Assembly (NCBI RefSeq): GCF_964194155.1
Contig: NC_135901.1
Coordinates: 31,186,001 to 31,250,000, forward strand
Direction: 5' to 3'
DNA length: 64,000 nucleotides
DNA from: Cetorhinus maximus
Lineage: Eukaryota
A model generated the notes under the pieces. The model had not been told where the DNA came from. It saw nothing but the letters and a program-made list of their open reading frames with translations, and made no database searches. Of the stretch, positions 21,439-35,084 are shown piece after piece; the stretch's first letter is position 1; every line of letters begins with the position of its first letter. Made by a program: the position numbers and the translations under genes.

Positions 21439-24330
21439 ATAAGACCATAAGTCATAGGAGCAGAAATTAGGCCATTCGGCCCATCGAGTCTGCTCCGCCA
21501 TTCAATCATGGCTGATAAGTTTCTCAACCCCATTCTCCTGCCTTCTCCCCGTAACCTTTGATCACCTTACCAATCAAGAACCTATCTATCTCGGTCTTTA
21601 ATACACTCAATGACCTGGCCTCCACAGCCTTCTGTGGCAATGAATTCCATAGATTCACCAGTCTCTGGCTAAGAAGTTTCTCCTCATCTCTGTTCTAAAA
21701 GGTCTTCCCTTTACTCTGAGGCTGTGCCCTCGGGTCCTAGTCTCTCCTACTAATGGAACATCTTCCCCACGTCCACTCTATCCAGGCCTTTCAGTATTCT
21801 GTAAGTTTCAATCGGATCTCCCCGTTTCCTTCTAAACTCCATCGAGTATAGACCCAGCGTCCTCAAACGTTCCTCATATGTTAAGCCTTTCATTCCTGGG
21901 ATCATTCTCGTGAACCTCCTCTGGATCCTCTCCAGGACCAGCACATCCTTTCTGAGATACGGGGCCCAAAATTGCTCACAATATTCTAAATGTGGTCTGA
22001 CCAGAGCCTTATAAAGCCTCAGCAGCACATCCCTGCTTTTATATTCTAGTCCTCTCGAAATAAATGCCAACATTGCATTTGCCTTCCTAACTACAGCCTC
22101 AACCTGCAAGTTAACCTTAAGAGAATCCTGGACTAGGACTTCCAAATCCCTTTGCACTCCAGATTTCTGAATTCTCTACCCATTTAGAAAATAGTCTATG
22201 CCTCTATTCTTCCTACCAAAGTGCATGACCTCACACTTGCCCACATTGCATTCCATCTGCCACTTCTTTGCCCATTCTCCTAACCTGTCCAAATCCTTAT
22301 GCAGCCTCCCTGCCTCCTCAATACTACCTGTCCCTCCACCTATCTTTGTATCATCTACAAACTTAGCCAGGATGCCCTCAGTTCCTTCATCTAGATCATT
22401 AATGTATAAAGTGAAAAGTTGTGGTCCCAACACTGACCCCTGCGGAACTCCACTAGTCACCGGCCGCCATCCTGTGAAGGACCCCCTTATCCCCACTCTC
22501 TGCCTCCTGCCAGACAGCCAATCTTCTATCCATGCTAGTACCTTGCCTCTAACACCATGGGCTCTTATCTTACTGAGCAGCCTCCTGTGCGGCACCTTGT
22601 CAAAGGCCTTCTGGAAATCCAAATAGATAACATCCATTGGCTCTTCTTTGTCTAACCTACTCGTTACCTCCTCAAAGAATTCTAACAGATTTGTCAGGCA
22701 TGACCTCCCCTTGATGAAACCATGCTGACTTTGCCCGATTTTACCATGCACTTCCAAGTATTCTGAAATCTCATCCTTAATAATGGACTCTAAAATCTTA
22801 CCAACGACCGAGGTCAGGCCAATCGGCTTGTAGTTTCCTGACTTTTGCCTCACTCCGTTCTTAAACAGGGGTGTTACATTAGCAATTTTCTAGTCCTCTG
22901 GGACCCTCCCTGATTCCAGTGATTCTTGAGAGATCACCACTAACGCCTCCACTATCTCTTCAGCTATCTCCTTCAGAACTCTGGGGTGTAATCCATCTGG
23001 TCCAGGTGATTTATCCACCTTCAGACCTTTCAGTTTTCCTAGCACCTTCTCCTTGGTAATGGCCACTATACTCACCTCTGCTCCCCGACTCTCTTGAACT
23101 TTGGGGATGTCACTTGTGTCTTCCACTGTGAAGACTGACGCAAAGTACCTATTCAGTTCCTCCGCCATTTCTTTGTTCCCCACTACTACTTCTCCAGCGT
23201 CATTTTACAGCGGCCCAATGTCTACTTTTGCCTCTCTCTTACCCTTTATATATCTAAAAAAACTCTTGCAATCTTCTTTTATATTACTGGCTAGTTTGCC
23301 CTCATATTTAATCTTCTCCCTCCTTATTTCTTTTTTAGTTGTCCTCTGTTGGTCTTTGTAGGCTTCCCAATCCCCTGGTTTCCCACTGCTCTTCGCCGCA
23401 TTGTATGCTTTCTCTTTAGCTTTTATGCTGTCCCTGACTTCCCTTGTCAGCCATGGTTGCCTCGACCTCCCTTTAGTATGCTTCTTCTTCCTAGGGATGA
23501 ATTTTTGCTGTGTCTCCCAAATTACTCCCAGAAACTCCTGCCATTGCTGTTCCACTGTCTTTCCTGCTAGGCTCATCTCCCAGTCAATTCTGGCCAGCTC
23601 CTCCCTCATGCCTCTGTAGTTGCCTTTATTCAACTGTAATACCGTTACATCTGATTCCAGCTTTTTCCTCTCAAATTCTATCATATTATGGTCACTTCCT
23701 CCTAAGGGTTCCTTCACCTTAAGCTCCTTTATCAAATCTGCCTCATTACACATCACTAAATCTAGAATTGCCTGTTCCCTAGTGGGCTCCACCACAAGCT
23801 GCTCCAAAAAGCCATCTCGTAGACATTCCACAAATTTCTTTTCTTGGGATCCACTACCAACCTGATTTTCCCAGTCTACCTGCATATTGAAATCCCCCAT
23901 GATCACTGTAACCTTGCCTTTCTTACACACCTTTTCTACCTCCTGGTGTATCTTGTGCCCCACATCCTGACTACTGTTCGGAGGCCTGTACATAACTCCC
24001 ATTATGGTTTTTTTACCTTTGCGGTTCCTCAACTCTATCCACACAGATTTTATGTCATCTGACCCTACATCATTTCTTGCTATCGATTTAATTTCATTTC
24101 TTACTAACAAAGCAACCCCATCCCCTCTGCCAACCTGCCTATCTTTTCGTTAGGATGCATATCCTTGGATATTTAGCTCCCAGTCCTGATCCCCCTGCAG
24201 CCATGTCTCCGTAATGCCCATCACATCATCACATCACATGCCAATTTCAATCTGTGCCACAAGCTCATTTACCTTATTTCGTATACTGTGTGCATTCAGA
24301 TACAACACCTCCAGTCCTGTATTTCCCGTC
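21439..24330 (-). mobile_element. CR1 LINE, ~2.9 kb, ORF2 (APE endonuclease plus RT) broken by frameshifts, in the intron of ZNF F
   Basis: ORFs 23205-24110 (YRPP, MGDFN, LDLV, SDHN), 22890-23183, 22176-22853 (GVPQGSVLGP, FVDD) and 21750-22157. 3' tail repeats CTTATGG-like units. Confidence 0.92.
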
Positions 24331-24509
24331 CCCTTTCACCCTCAATATCTCCATTCTGTCTCCCAGAAGTTTCCTTCAAGTGTCCATCCAATTTCATTTT
24401 AAAATTATTGATCGTCTCTGCCTCCACCGCCCTCTTAGGCAGCAAGTTCCAGGTCATGACTGCACGCTGTCTGCATTTTCAATCTGTTCTTTCATAGGGC
24501 CCTGGTTAG

Positions 24510-24755
24510 GCTAGCATTTCAAATGCCCATCCCTAATTGTCCTTGAGAAGGTGACTCAGTGAGCCTCCTTGTTGGACCGCTGCAGTCGAAGTGGTGTAGG
24601 TACACCCACGGTGCAGTTAGAGAGGGAGTTCCCGGATTTTGACCCAGCGACAGTGAAGGAATGGTGATATACTTCCAAGTCAGGATGGTGAGTGACTTGG
24701 AGGGGAACTTGCAGGGGGTGGTCGTGTCCCCATCTATCTGCTACCCTTGTCCTCT
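24510..24755. mobile_element. Fragment of another LINE-like shark repeat
   Basis: GCCCATCCCTAATTG.CCTTGAGAAGGTG...GACCCAGCGACAGTGAAGGAA resembles a common elasmobranch LINE 3' region. Recognised from memory, not aligned. Confidence 0.4.
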
Positions 24756-25447
24756 AGGGGATAAATAGAGCCCTTCTTCACATTCCCCTTGTATCTTAAT
24801 CAAGTGAGACAATGCAGGTTATTACACATTTTTCATGCAGTAAGATAGACATATATGTTTAACCACCTACTTGAAGATTTTCAGGTCTCTTTGTGCTGAA
24901 AATGCAGGAAGCGGTGAGCATGGATCTGTTGGTCAACATGAATCAGGAGAACTGGGAGGGTGTATATTAGGTACAGCAGAGTGAGAATGGAGGAAGAGTG
25001 TATGGGACAGAGATTCACACCTTTTGGGGAATGACAGAAGAATGAATGTTCCACATGAACTAGAATTCTCAGTTCTAAAATGTTATCCTGTACTGATTAT
25101 TACAAACTTTTTGTGACAGGATATCACAAGGGGAGGATTTTCATACAAAAACCTCAAAACAAACATGTCAAGATCTGACAGAGTTGCTTGATTCATCGGA
25201 ACACAGATATTCTCAGCTTTTGAATCTAGAAGGAGAAATGTTTGTCTGTTCTGTCTGCTTCAAAAGATTTTAAACGTTATCGTGACTGGAAAAGCACCGA
25301 GACACACAGACCCGAGTGTGGAAAAAGCTTGAACCAGTTAAACAGCCTGAGTAGACATCATAGTGTAGAGAGAGAGTACAAGTGTCCGTGTGTGGACGAG
25401 ACTTCAGCTGATTGCCAGACCTGGAGATTCACAAGGACAACCGCACC

Positions 25448-26122
25448 ATGGAGAAACCGTGGCAATGTGGAGACTGTGGGAAGCGCTACCGAATCCCGTC
25501 TGAACTGGAAATTCATCATCGCATTCACACCGGGGAGAAGCCTTTCACCTGCTCCGAATGTGGGAAGGGATTCACTCGGTCATCCCACCTGCTGACACAC
25601 CAGCGAGTTCACACCGGGGAGAGACCATTCACCTGCCCTGAGTGTGGGAAAGGATTCACTGGGTCATCCCACCTGCGGACACACCAGCGAGTTCACACCG
25701 GGGAGAGGCCATTCACCTGTTCTGAGTGTGGGAAGGGATTCACTCAGTCACCCAACCTACTGACACACCAGCGAATTCACACTGGAGAGAGGCCGTTTAG
25801 CTGTTCTGTGTGTGGGAACAAATTCAGTCAGTTATCCAGCCTGCGGACACACCAGCGATTTCACACTGGGGAGAGGCCGTTCACCTGCTCTGAGTGTGGG
25901 AAGGGATTTGCTGACACATCGAGTCTGCTGACACACCAACGACTTCACACTGGGGAGAGGCCATTCATCTGCTCTGAGTGTGGGAAAGGATTCACTCAGT
26001 TATCCCACCTGCAGAAACACCAGAGAATTCACACAGGGGAGCGGCCATTCACCTGCTCTGTGTGTGGGAAGGGATTTGTTCATTTATCCAGCCTGCGGAG
26101 ACACCAGCGAGTTCACAAGTGA
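25448..26122 (+). CDS. C2H2 zinc-finger protein F (8 intact fingers)
   Basis: Start gcacc[14 protein letters not shown]...HQRVHK*. Family 3' UTR with AATAAA at ~26390. Confidence 0.85.
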   Translation: MEKPWQCGDCGKRYRIPSELEIHHRIHTGEKPFTCSECGKGFTRSSHLLTHQRVHTGERPFTCPECGKGFTGSSHLRTHQRVHTGERPFTCSECGKGFTQSPNLLTHQRIHTGERPFSCSVCGNKFSQLSSLRTHQRFHTGERPFTCSECGKGFADTSSLLTHQRLHTGERPFICSECGKGFTQLSHLQKHQRIHTGERPFTCSVCGKGFVHLSSLRRHQRVHK

Positions 26123-28981
26123 TTCCAGGGATTGGATTCCGCTGTTATTGCTGCTGTTAATCACATCCAGGACTGAACCATGTTCATTCTGACACTTGGT
26201 GAAGTGGGAGGGTCGGAGAGTTTCTTTCTGCTAGACTGGCCGGTCTCACGACTTTGCTTCCAGTGGCTGATGCTCTTTGAGCCTGGGAGTGCACATTTCC
26301 ACTGAAATGATCCCCAAAAGCTGATGAAGGATATTTATTTTACCCTGGATAGTAAATAGTGTTTTTCCTACCACTACAGGTAGATCTAAAATAAATACAT
26401 TTATCTCTGTTCCATTGAGTCTACAGCACAGGGCCAGGCCAGTCGGCTCAATTGGTCTCTGTCAGTATTTATGCTCCACATGAGCCTCCACCCACCCCTC
26501 TTCATCTCCCCCCCATCAGCATATCCTTCTATTCCTTTCTCCCTCATGTATGTATCTAGCTTCCCCTTAAATGTATTCATGCTATTCACCTCAACCACTC
26601 GCTGTGGTAGTGAATTCCATATTCTCACCACTCGCTGGGTAAAGAGGTTTCTCATGAAATCCCTATTGGATTATTGAACCCCTTCATCATCTTAAAGACT
26701 TTCATCAGGTCACCCTTCAGTCTTCTCTTTGCTAGAGAAAAGCAGCCCCAGCCTTTCCTGAGGGTTAAATGCTCTCAGTTCTGATTTTATTCTTGTGAAT
26801 CTGTGTTGCCCCTTCTCCAGTGCCTCTATTTCCTTTTTCTAAATGGAGATCACTAATGTTGACAGTACTCCTAGTGTAGTCTAACCATGATTCAAAACAA
26901 GTTGAACATAACCTCACTGCTTTTCAATTTTATCCCTCTAGAATGGAACCCTATATCTGGGCCCCACACTTTAGGAAAGATGTAAAGTTCTTAGAGAGGG
27001 TGCAGAGGAGATTTACGAGAATGGCACCAGGGATGAGGGACTTCAGTTAGTTGGAGAGACTGGAGCAGCTGAAATTTCTATCTTTGGATCATGGAGTCAT
27101 TAGGACTTACAAGGAGACCATTCAGCCCATCAAGTCCATTTTTCCCTCAAGTGCCCATCCAATTGCCTTTTGAAATTGTAATCATCTCTGCTTCCACCCC
27201 CCTCATAGGCAGCGAGTTCCAGGTCATTACCACTCACTGTGTAAAAATATTCCTCCTCACACCCTCCCCGCATCTCCTGCCCAAAACCTTAACTCCGTCC
27301 CCCTCATCCTTGTACCATCAGCGAATGGGAACAGCTTTTCTTTGTCCACCTGATCTAAACCTGTCATAATCTTGTACACCTCTATCAAATCTCCCCTCAA
27401 CTTCCTATGCTCCAAGGAGATCAACCCCAGCCTGACATCCACAATAAAGAGCAAACAAAAGATGTTAATGCCTGAAATCAATTGGGAATGTTTGATTTCT
27501 GTTTTAAAGATATGATGAATATATTGTATTGGACAGTAAAGGAATTGGAGTAACTCACCCGGATGATCAGTGGAATGTATCAATCTGGTATCCACCTACA
27601 TTCGAGTGAAAGCCAGGGAGGTGTAGATGAGATGAATAACTTGATAGATTTCTCTGGGAGATATTTCTATCATTTGCCTCTGAACCTTTTTTTTAAGGAA
27701 AATCACATTGAAAAACTGAAAGGTGTAAAAGGGGCCAAACTTCAGCAGAAATCTGGCAGAGCTGAGAACAGACGACTTGCTATGTGGGAACAGGGAGAAG
27801 AACAGCTCCCAGAGGACAGAGAAAACAAGAGTGCCTTGAATCCTAAACGACACCTAGGTGTCAAGGCCACCATGTTTTCACTGCTTGGCATGGGAATGCT
27901 GACTCCCTGTACCGGGGACGGAGCGTGGGAAGCCAATTGTTTGAGAGTTTGATGTGGCTTGGGCGGGTACAGATGGTTCAATGACAGGTTTTGTAATTGG
28001 TCCGTTCAAATGTTAGCTCAGCAATGATTGGGTTAAATCAGTCTCCATAGACTTTGTGATGTAAAAAAGTATCAGAAGGGATTCCCCGAGCACAGAGATT
28101 TGTAGAGGTTTTACATATTGCATTGACTGGTGCCATGGCATCTGGGGCAGACCAGGGAGTATTTACATGGAGATGGTGCTTCTACCCAGAGTGTAATGGT
28201 AACGCTGCTGCACTTTGATACTACTGCTCAGACATGAGCGTGTGTCAGGTCTTATTTATACTGAATAAAATCTAACCACTGTCACCAATAAGGGTTATCA
28301 CTGTGAATCATTTCAGAGTTTGGGAAAGGGGATAAAGGATTAATTGACTCCCTGAACCCCATTTTCTAACATCGCTGTGTCAAAAATAAAATCTCATCTC
28401 CCCCTCTGGCTCCTTTGTCAATTACCTTAGAGGGACTCACTTTCTGTTAAAGAGCCTGCCAACCCCTCTCACCCATTTTCCCTAAAGTGCAGAAATCTAA
28501 TCATGGAAAGTCCAGAAAAATCAAATAACTTTACTGATAAAAGTTTATTAATGAAATTGAACATGGTTAAAAAAAACAGAAAATTACTTGGGGATCAAAG
28601 ACAACCAGAGTAAAAGGATGTGCACAATGTTCTGGACCCAAATGGTTTCTCTTCGGCTCCTCTGTACCCTGTTCCTGTGACTCCTGCTTTGGACACAAAG
28701 GCACTGAACCCCAGGGGTTGTGTCACCATCAGCTCCAGTCTTCCGTGCCCCGATTGATTGGAGGCCCATTTCCCAGTCAGTCCTCCAGCACTTTCCTGTC
28801 TCTATTAGTGCGATGCCCATGGCAGTTTCCCAACTGGGGCACAGGCCCCGTTATTCTCAGTTAAATTCAGCCCTCAGCTCCGTCGCCTGGCTGTCATTGA
28901 CACGAGCAATAGAGAGACAGAAAGGTGCTGGAGGCTCAAATGGGAAGTTGAAACTTGCGGCTCTAAACCAAATAGGATCTC

Positions 28982-29743
28982 TGTAAAGACCGGTAAATTG
29001 TAAAAAGAAATTCAAATTGTCAGTGAACAAATTAAAGGATCACACGACAGGACTTCAAGTATTATGACTTTTACTGCAACAAACAAACTAAAAGCAACAT
29101 TAGCTAAACACCATTTTTGTGGGCAAGGTATACCTTAAACTATCAAACAGAACTTTGCTCTTTGACTTTTAACATAATGAAAAATCCCACTCCATGATTA
29201 TACTTTACTCTGTTCCTGAAGTAGACACTCAATTATCCTGGAACCTGTCCAAAGTGATTATTTGCTCCCGAGTGTTTACTTCCATTCTTTTCCTTTCCCA
29301 GTCTGGCAACCTCTAACCCCAGAACTGTCTTTCACTGTGAAGGTTCTCCTGGGTTCTCCCTATAACTCAAGCAAAGCGAATCTTCCAGTCTCATTTTAAA
29401 TCCTCATGAATTTGGTCTTTTCAATCTGAGCACAAGGTCCCATCCACATTCGCGTGTGTTGAAAGAGACTTGCCGCCTCTATCAGTTCTCTCTCTCTCTC
29501 TTGGATCCTGGCAGACTGATCGGTCTGTGAAATTCAGAGATGCCTTTTAGGAGAACTTTACAACCTGATCCTACAATAGCTTCCCATGGATCCTTCTCCA
29601 ATCAAAGCCCATCTCCATGGCAACGTGAATCACATGGGCCTTGGATCCAGGTAGAAATGCCAATTAGTTATTCAGACTCCCAACATCATTCTATCTGGAA
29701 ATTAAATAGACAATTGAAGTATAGCTGTTCACAAAATCTGACA
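28982..29743. mobile_element. Possible solo-LTR-like repeat
   Basis: TG...CA bounded, non-coding. Part of it resembles ~560-610 and ~33270-33360. No TSD confirmed. Confidence 0.3.
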
Positions 29744-29769
29744 TTTGCAATACCTCCCTGGACTTTGGA

Positions 29770-32365
29770 GACTAACAGGCTAAATGATATTGAAGGATGC
29801 ATGACATTAAATAGGGACGGGAAGCTTGGAAAAGGTAAAGGGGTGGCACTGTTAATTAATGATGGCATTACCGCAATAGAGAGGGATGACCTAAGTTCAG
29901 GAAACCAGGATGTAGAAGCAGTTTGGGTTGAGATGAGAAATGATAAAGGCAAGAAGTCACTTGTGGGAGTGGTGTACAGGCCCCCTAACAGTAACCACAT
30001 GGTAGGATGGAGTATAAAGGAAGAAATAATGGGAGCTTGTCAGACGTTACAGTGATAAATATGGGGGATTTTAATCTACGTATACGCTGGAAAAATCAGA
30101 CAGGCCAATGTAGCCTAGATAGGGAGTTCATAGAACATTTTCAGGATAGTTTCTTAGAACAGCACATTCTGGAGCCAGAGAGCAGGTGAGATTAAACCTG
30201 ATATTGTGCAATGAGATAAGATTAATTAATGATGACATAGTGTAGGCGCCCCTAGGTAGCAGCAATCACAATATGATTCAATGTTATCTTCAATTTGAGG
30301 GAGAGAAGAGTGGGTCCAAGACTAGTATTTTAAACTTAAAGAAGGGCAGTTATGAGGGCATGAAAGCAGAGCTAACTAAAGTGAACTGACAAATTACGTT
30401 ATGGGATGCGTCAATTGAGATGGAGTGGCAGACATTTAAGGGGATATTTCAGGATATACAGATTAGATACATTCCAACAAGAAAGAAAAATTCCAAATGG
30501 AGGACCCGCCATCCGTGGTTAATTATAAAAGTTAAAGATAGCATCAAACTTAAAGTGAAAAGAGCTGGCAGGTAAGAAGACTGGACAGAATATAAAAACG
30601 GCAAAGACTGACTAAAGGATTGATAAGGAGGGAAAAATTAGAGTATGAGAGAAAGCTAGCTGGAAATAGAAAAACAGATACTAAGTGTTTCTATAGATGT
30701 TTAAAAAAGAATAGAGTTAACAAAGTGATTGTCGGTCTTATAGAAAGTGAGTCTGGAGAATTAATAATAGAAAATAAGGAGATGGCAGATGAATCGAACA
30801 GGTATTTTGCATCGGTCTTCACTATAGGGGATACAAGTAACAACCCAGAAATAGCTGTAAATCAGGAAATGGAAAGGAGGGTAGAATTCAAGAAAATTAC
30901 AATTGCCACAGAAGTGGTACTGAGTAAATTTGTTGGAGCTGCAGGCTGACAAGAACCCAGGTCCTGATGGACTTCAACCTCGGGTCTTAAAAGAAGTAGC
31001 TAGTGAGATAGTTGATACATTTGTTTTAATTTTCCAAAATTTCCTAGGTTCGGGGAAGATTAGATTGGAAAATGGTGAATGTAGCTCCTTCATTCAAAAA
31101 GGCAGGCAGACAGGAAACTGGAAACGACAGGCTAGTTAGCTTAACATCTGTCATAGGGAGAGTCAACACGGTTTTGTGAGAGGGAAATCATGTTTATCCA
31201 ATTGAGTGGAGTTCTTTGAAGAAGTAACATTTGCTGTGGATAAAGGGGAACCAGTGGAATACTATTCTTAGATTTCCAGGAAGCATTTGATAAGGCGCCA
31301 CATCAAAGGTTATTGCAGGAAATAAAAGCTAACGCTGTAGGAGGTAAGATGTAGGAGCATGGATAGGTTGGTCAGCTAACAGGAAACAGAGAGTAGGCAT
31401 AAATGGGCCATTTTCTGCTTGGCAAAATGTGACAAGTGGTGTGCCACAGGGATCAGTGCTGGGGCCTCAACTTTTTACAACTTATATAAATGACTTGGAC
31501 GAAGGGACTGAAGGTATGGTTGCTAAATTTGCTGATGACACTAAGATAAGTAGTAAAGTAAGTTGTGAAGAGGACATAAGGCTACAAAGGGATATTGACA
31601 GGTTAAGTGAGTGGGGAAAGATCAGGCAAATGGAGCATATCCACTTTGGCAGAAAGAATAAAAAATAAGCATACAGTGAGAGATTGCAGAGCTCTGAGAT
31701 GCAGAGGGATCTGGGTGTCCTTGTGCAAGAATTGAAAAAGCTAATTATTCAGGTACAGCAAGTAATTTGGAAAGCTAACCACAGAAGGTTATCATTAGAA
31801 GTAGGAAGGTTATGCTTCAGTTATACAGGGCAATGGTGAGACCATATCTGGAATACGGTGTACAGTAGCAGTTCAGAGAAGGTTTACTGGACTAATACCT
31901 GGAATGGGTGGGTTGTCTTATGAGGAAAGGTTGGACAGGCTGGGCTTGTATCTGCTGGAGTTTAGAAGAGTAAGAGGCAACTTGATTGAAACATATAAGA
32001 TCCTGAGGGGCCTCGACAGGGTGGATGTGGAAAGGATGTTTCCTCTTGTGGGAGAATCTGGAAATTGAGGTCACGGTTTAAAAGTAATGGGTCGCCTCTT
32101 TAAGACAGAGGAGAACATTTTTTTCTCAGAAGGTAGTGAGTCTTTGGAACTCTCTTCCTCAAAGGGCGGGGGACGCAGAGTCTTTGAATATTTTTAAGGC
32201 AGAGCTAGAAAGGTTCTTGATAAGCAAGAAGTAAAAGGTTATCAGGGTAGGCAGGAATGTGGAGCTGAGGTTACAATAAGACCAGTCAGGAACATATTGA
32301 ATGTGGAGCAGGCTCTAGGGGCCGAGTGGCCTACTCCTGCTCCTAATTCATATGTGTGTATGTTA
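29770..32365 (+). mobile_element. Old degraded CR1 LINE (APE plus RT remnants)
   Basis: GKGVALLI, VGVVYRPP, MGDFNL, PGPDGLQPRVLKE, SGVPQGSVLGP...FADD; many stops and frameshifts. Confidence 0.88.
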
Positions 32366-32369
32366 TCAC

Positions 32370-33200
32370 ATCCTTTTTAATAGATTCCAGCATTTTCCCG
32401 ACTACTGACATCAGGCTAACAAGTCTGTAGTTCCCCATTTTCTCTCTCCCTCCTTAAATAGTGGGTGACATTTGCCACCTTCCAATCTGCAGGAACCATT
32501 CCAGAATCTATAGAATTTTGGTAGATGATCACCAATGCATCCACTATCTCTACAGCCACCTCCTTCAACACTCTGGGATGTGGATCACCAGGTCCAGGGG
32601 ATTTAGCAACTTTCAATCCCATTCATTTTTCCAGTACTACTTTTTTACCAATACTAATCTCTATCAGTTCCTCATGCTCACTAGTCCCTTGGTTCTCTAG
32701 TATTTTTGGGATGATTTCTGTATCTTCCTCTGTGAAGACAGACACACATTGTTTAGTTTCTCTGCAAATTCCCTATTCCCCATTATAAATTCTCCCCTCT
32801 CTGCCTGGAATGGACCCACATTTCTCTTTGCTAATCTTTTCCTTTTCACATACCTATAGAAGCTTTTACAGTTGCTTTTTATGTTTCTCACCAGTTTGCT
32901 CTGATGTTCGGTTTTCTCTTTCTTTATCAGTTTCTTGGTCCTCCTTTCCTGAATTCTGAAAAAGCTTCAATCCTCGGGCTTACTACTTTTTTTGGCCACT
33001 TTATGAGCCTCTTCCTTTGATCTAATGCAATCTTTATCTTTTCTGTTGGCCACGGTTACATCACATCTCCTGTTGGATTTTTATTCCTTAAAGGGATTTA
33101 TATTTGTTTGTAAATGTGTAATAATTCCTTCAATGTTAGCTATTGCCTGTCTACCATCATAAATTTTCATGTAGTTTCCCAATCTACCACAGCCAACTTG
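32370..33200 (-). mobile_element. CR1 LINE internal fragment
   Basis: KSPGPGDPHPRVLKEVAVEIVDAL...WKVANVT; NCKSFYRYVKRKR. Confidence 0.8.
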
Positions 33201-33567
33201 ACACTCAAACTGTGATAGTTTTCTTCTGTGAGAAACACCCAGATAAATTATACAGAAGAACCATCTAACCAGCACAGCCCATCTCCATGGCAACATGGCA
33301 TGATTTGGGTGGTTCCAAATAGAAATGCAAACTAAATATCTTTTACATTCCAAACACCCTTTCATCCTGTGATCCCTGTGAAATATGAAACTAGATATTC
33401 GCAACAAGTCTCAAAGAGCATCAGCCACTGGGGCAAAGTCATAAGACTGACCAGTCCAGCAGAAAGAAACCCTCCAATCTTCCCAATTCATCAACTGTCA
33501 GGATGAACATGGTTCAGTCCTGGATGTGATTAACAACAGCAATAACAGCAGAATCCAACCCCTGGAA

Positions 33568-34494
33568 TCACTTGTGAACTTGCTGGTGTCTCAGAAGGTG
33601 GGATGACTGAGTGAAACCCTTCCCACACTGAGAGCAGGTGAACAGCCTCCTCCCGGTGTGAACTTGCTGATGTCTCAGCAGGTGGGATGACTGAATAAAT
33701 CCCTTCCCACACTGAGAGCAGGTGAATGGCCTCTCCCCAGTGTGAAGTCGCTGGTGTGCCTGCAAATGGCATAACTGAGTGAAGCCCTTCCCACATTCAG
33801 AGCAATTGAACAGCCTCTCCCCAGTGTGAACCCGCTGGTGTATCCGCAGATGGGATAACTGAGTAAATTGTTTCTCACATTCAGAGCAGGTGAACAGCCT
33901 CTCCCCAGTGTGAACTCGCTGGTGTGTCCGCAGATGGGATAACTGAGTGAATCCCTTCGCACATGCAGAGCATGTGAACGGCCTCTCCCTAGTGTGAACT
34001 TGCTGGTGTCTCTGCAGGTGGGATAACTGAGTGAATCTCTTCGCACATGCAGAGCAGGTGAACGGCCTCTCCCCAATGTGAAATCGCTGGTGTCTCAGCA
34101 GGTTGGATGACCGAGTGAATCCCTTCCCACATTCAGAGCAGGTGAACAGTCTCTCCCCGATGTGAACTCGCTGGTGTGACTGTAGTCTAAATAACTGACT
34201 GAATCCCTTCCCACACTCAGAGCAGGTGAACAGTCTCTCCCCGGTGTGAACTCGCTGGTGTGACTGTAGTCTAAATAACTGACCGAATCCCTTCCCACAC
34301 TCAGAGCAGGTGAACGGCTTCTCCCTGTTGTGAACTCGCTGGTGTGTCTGCAGGTTGTATAACCGAGCGAATCCCTTCCCACACTCGGAGCAGGTGAATG
34401 GTCTCTCTCCAGTGTGACTGCGTCGATGAGTTTCCAGCTCAGACGGAGCTTTGAATTCCTTCCCACACTCCCCACATTTCCACGGTTTCTTCAT
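33568..34494 (-). CDS. C2H2 zinc-finger protein G (11 intact fingers)
   Basis: MKKPWKCGECGKEF...HQQVHK*. Family 3' UTR at ~33410-33567, truncated. Confidence 0.85.
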   Translation of the reverse strand: MKKPWKCGECGKEFKAPSELETHRRSHTGERPFTCSECGKGFARLYNLQTHQRVHNREKPFTCSECGKGFGQLFRLQSHQRVHTGERLFTCSECGKGFSQLFRLQSHQRVHIGERLFTCSECGKGFTRSSNLLRHQRFHIGERPFTCSACAKRFTQLSHLQRHQQVHTRERPFTCSACAKGFTQLSHLRTHQRVHTGERLFTCSECEKQFTQLSHLRIHQRVHTGERLFNCSECGKGFTQLCHLQAHQRLHTGERPFTCSQCGKGFIQSSHLLRHQQVHTGRRLFTCSQCGKGFTQSSHLLRHQQVHK

Positions 34495-35084
34495 GGTGCG
34501 CGTGTCCTTGTGTCTCTCCAGGTTCGACGATCAGTTGAAGCCTCGTCCTTGCACAGAACTTGTGTACGATCTCCCCGCTGTGAATGGTGCAATGTTTTTT
34601 CAGCCTGTGTAACTGGTTAAAGCTCTTTCCACAGTCAGTGCACTGGATCACTGTGTGTGTGTGTCGGTGCTTTTCCAGTCACACTGATGTTTAAAATCTT
34701 TTAAAGTAGACAGAACAGACAAACATTTCTCCTTCTAGATTCAAAAGCCAATGATATTCAGGTCCTGATGAGCCCAGTGACTCTGTAAGAACTTAACCTT
34801 TGATTTCAGATTTCTGTCTGTAAATCCTCCCCTGCTGACATCCTGTAAAAAGAATAGAATTCACAACCGTCATCACGATCAGTACAGGTTAGAAATTCAG
34901 AACAGACAATTCTAGCTTCTGTGGGGCATTCTTTACTCTCTCGTTCCCCAAAAGCTGTGAATCTCTGTTCCACACACCCTCTCTCCATTCTTACTCTGCT
35001 GTACCTAATATACACCCTCCCAATTCTCCTGAAGGTTCATGTTGATCGACAGATCCACGCTCACCACTTCCTGTCAGGACAGAG

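Noticed and set aside
26295-26352. Hammerhead or C/D-box snoRNA in the ZNF 3' UTR (GAAATGATC...CTGATGAAGGA...TCCTGGA)
   Set aside because: Stem II is followed by GGAT rather than GAAA, there is no credible stem I or D box, and CTGATGA is not kept in E or H.
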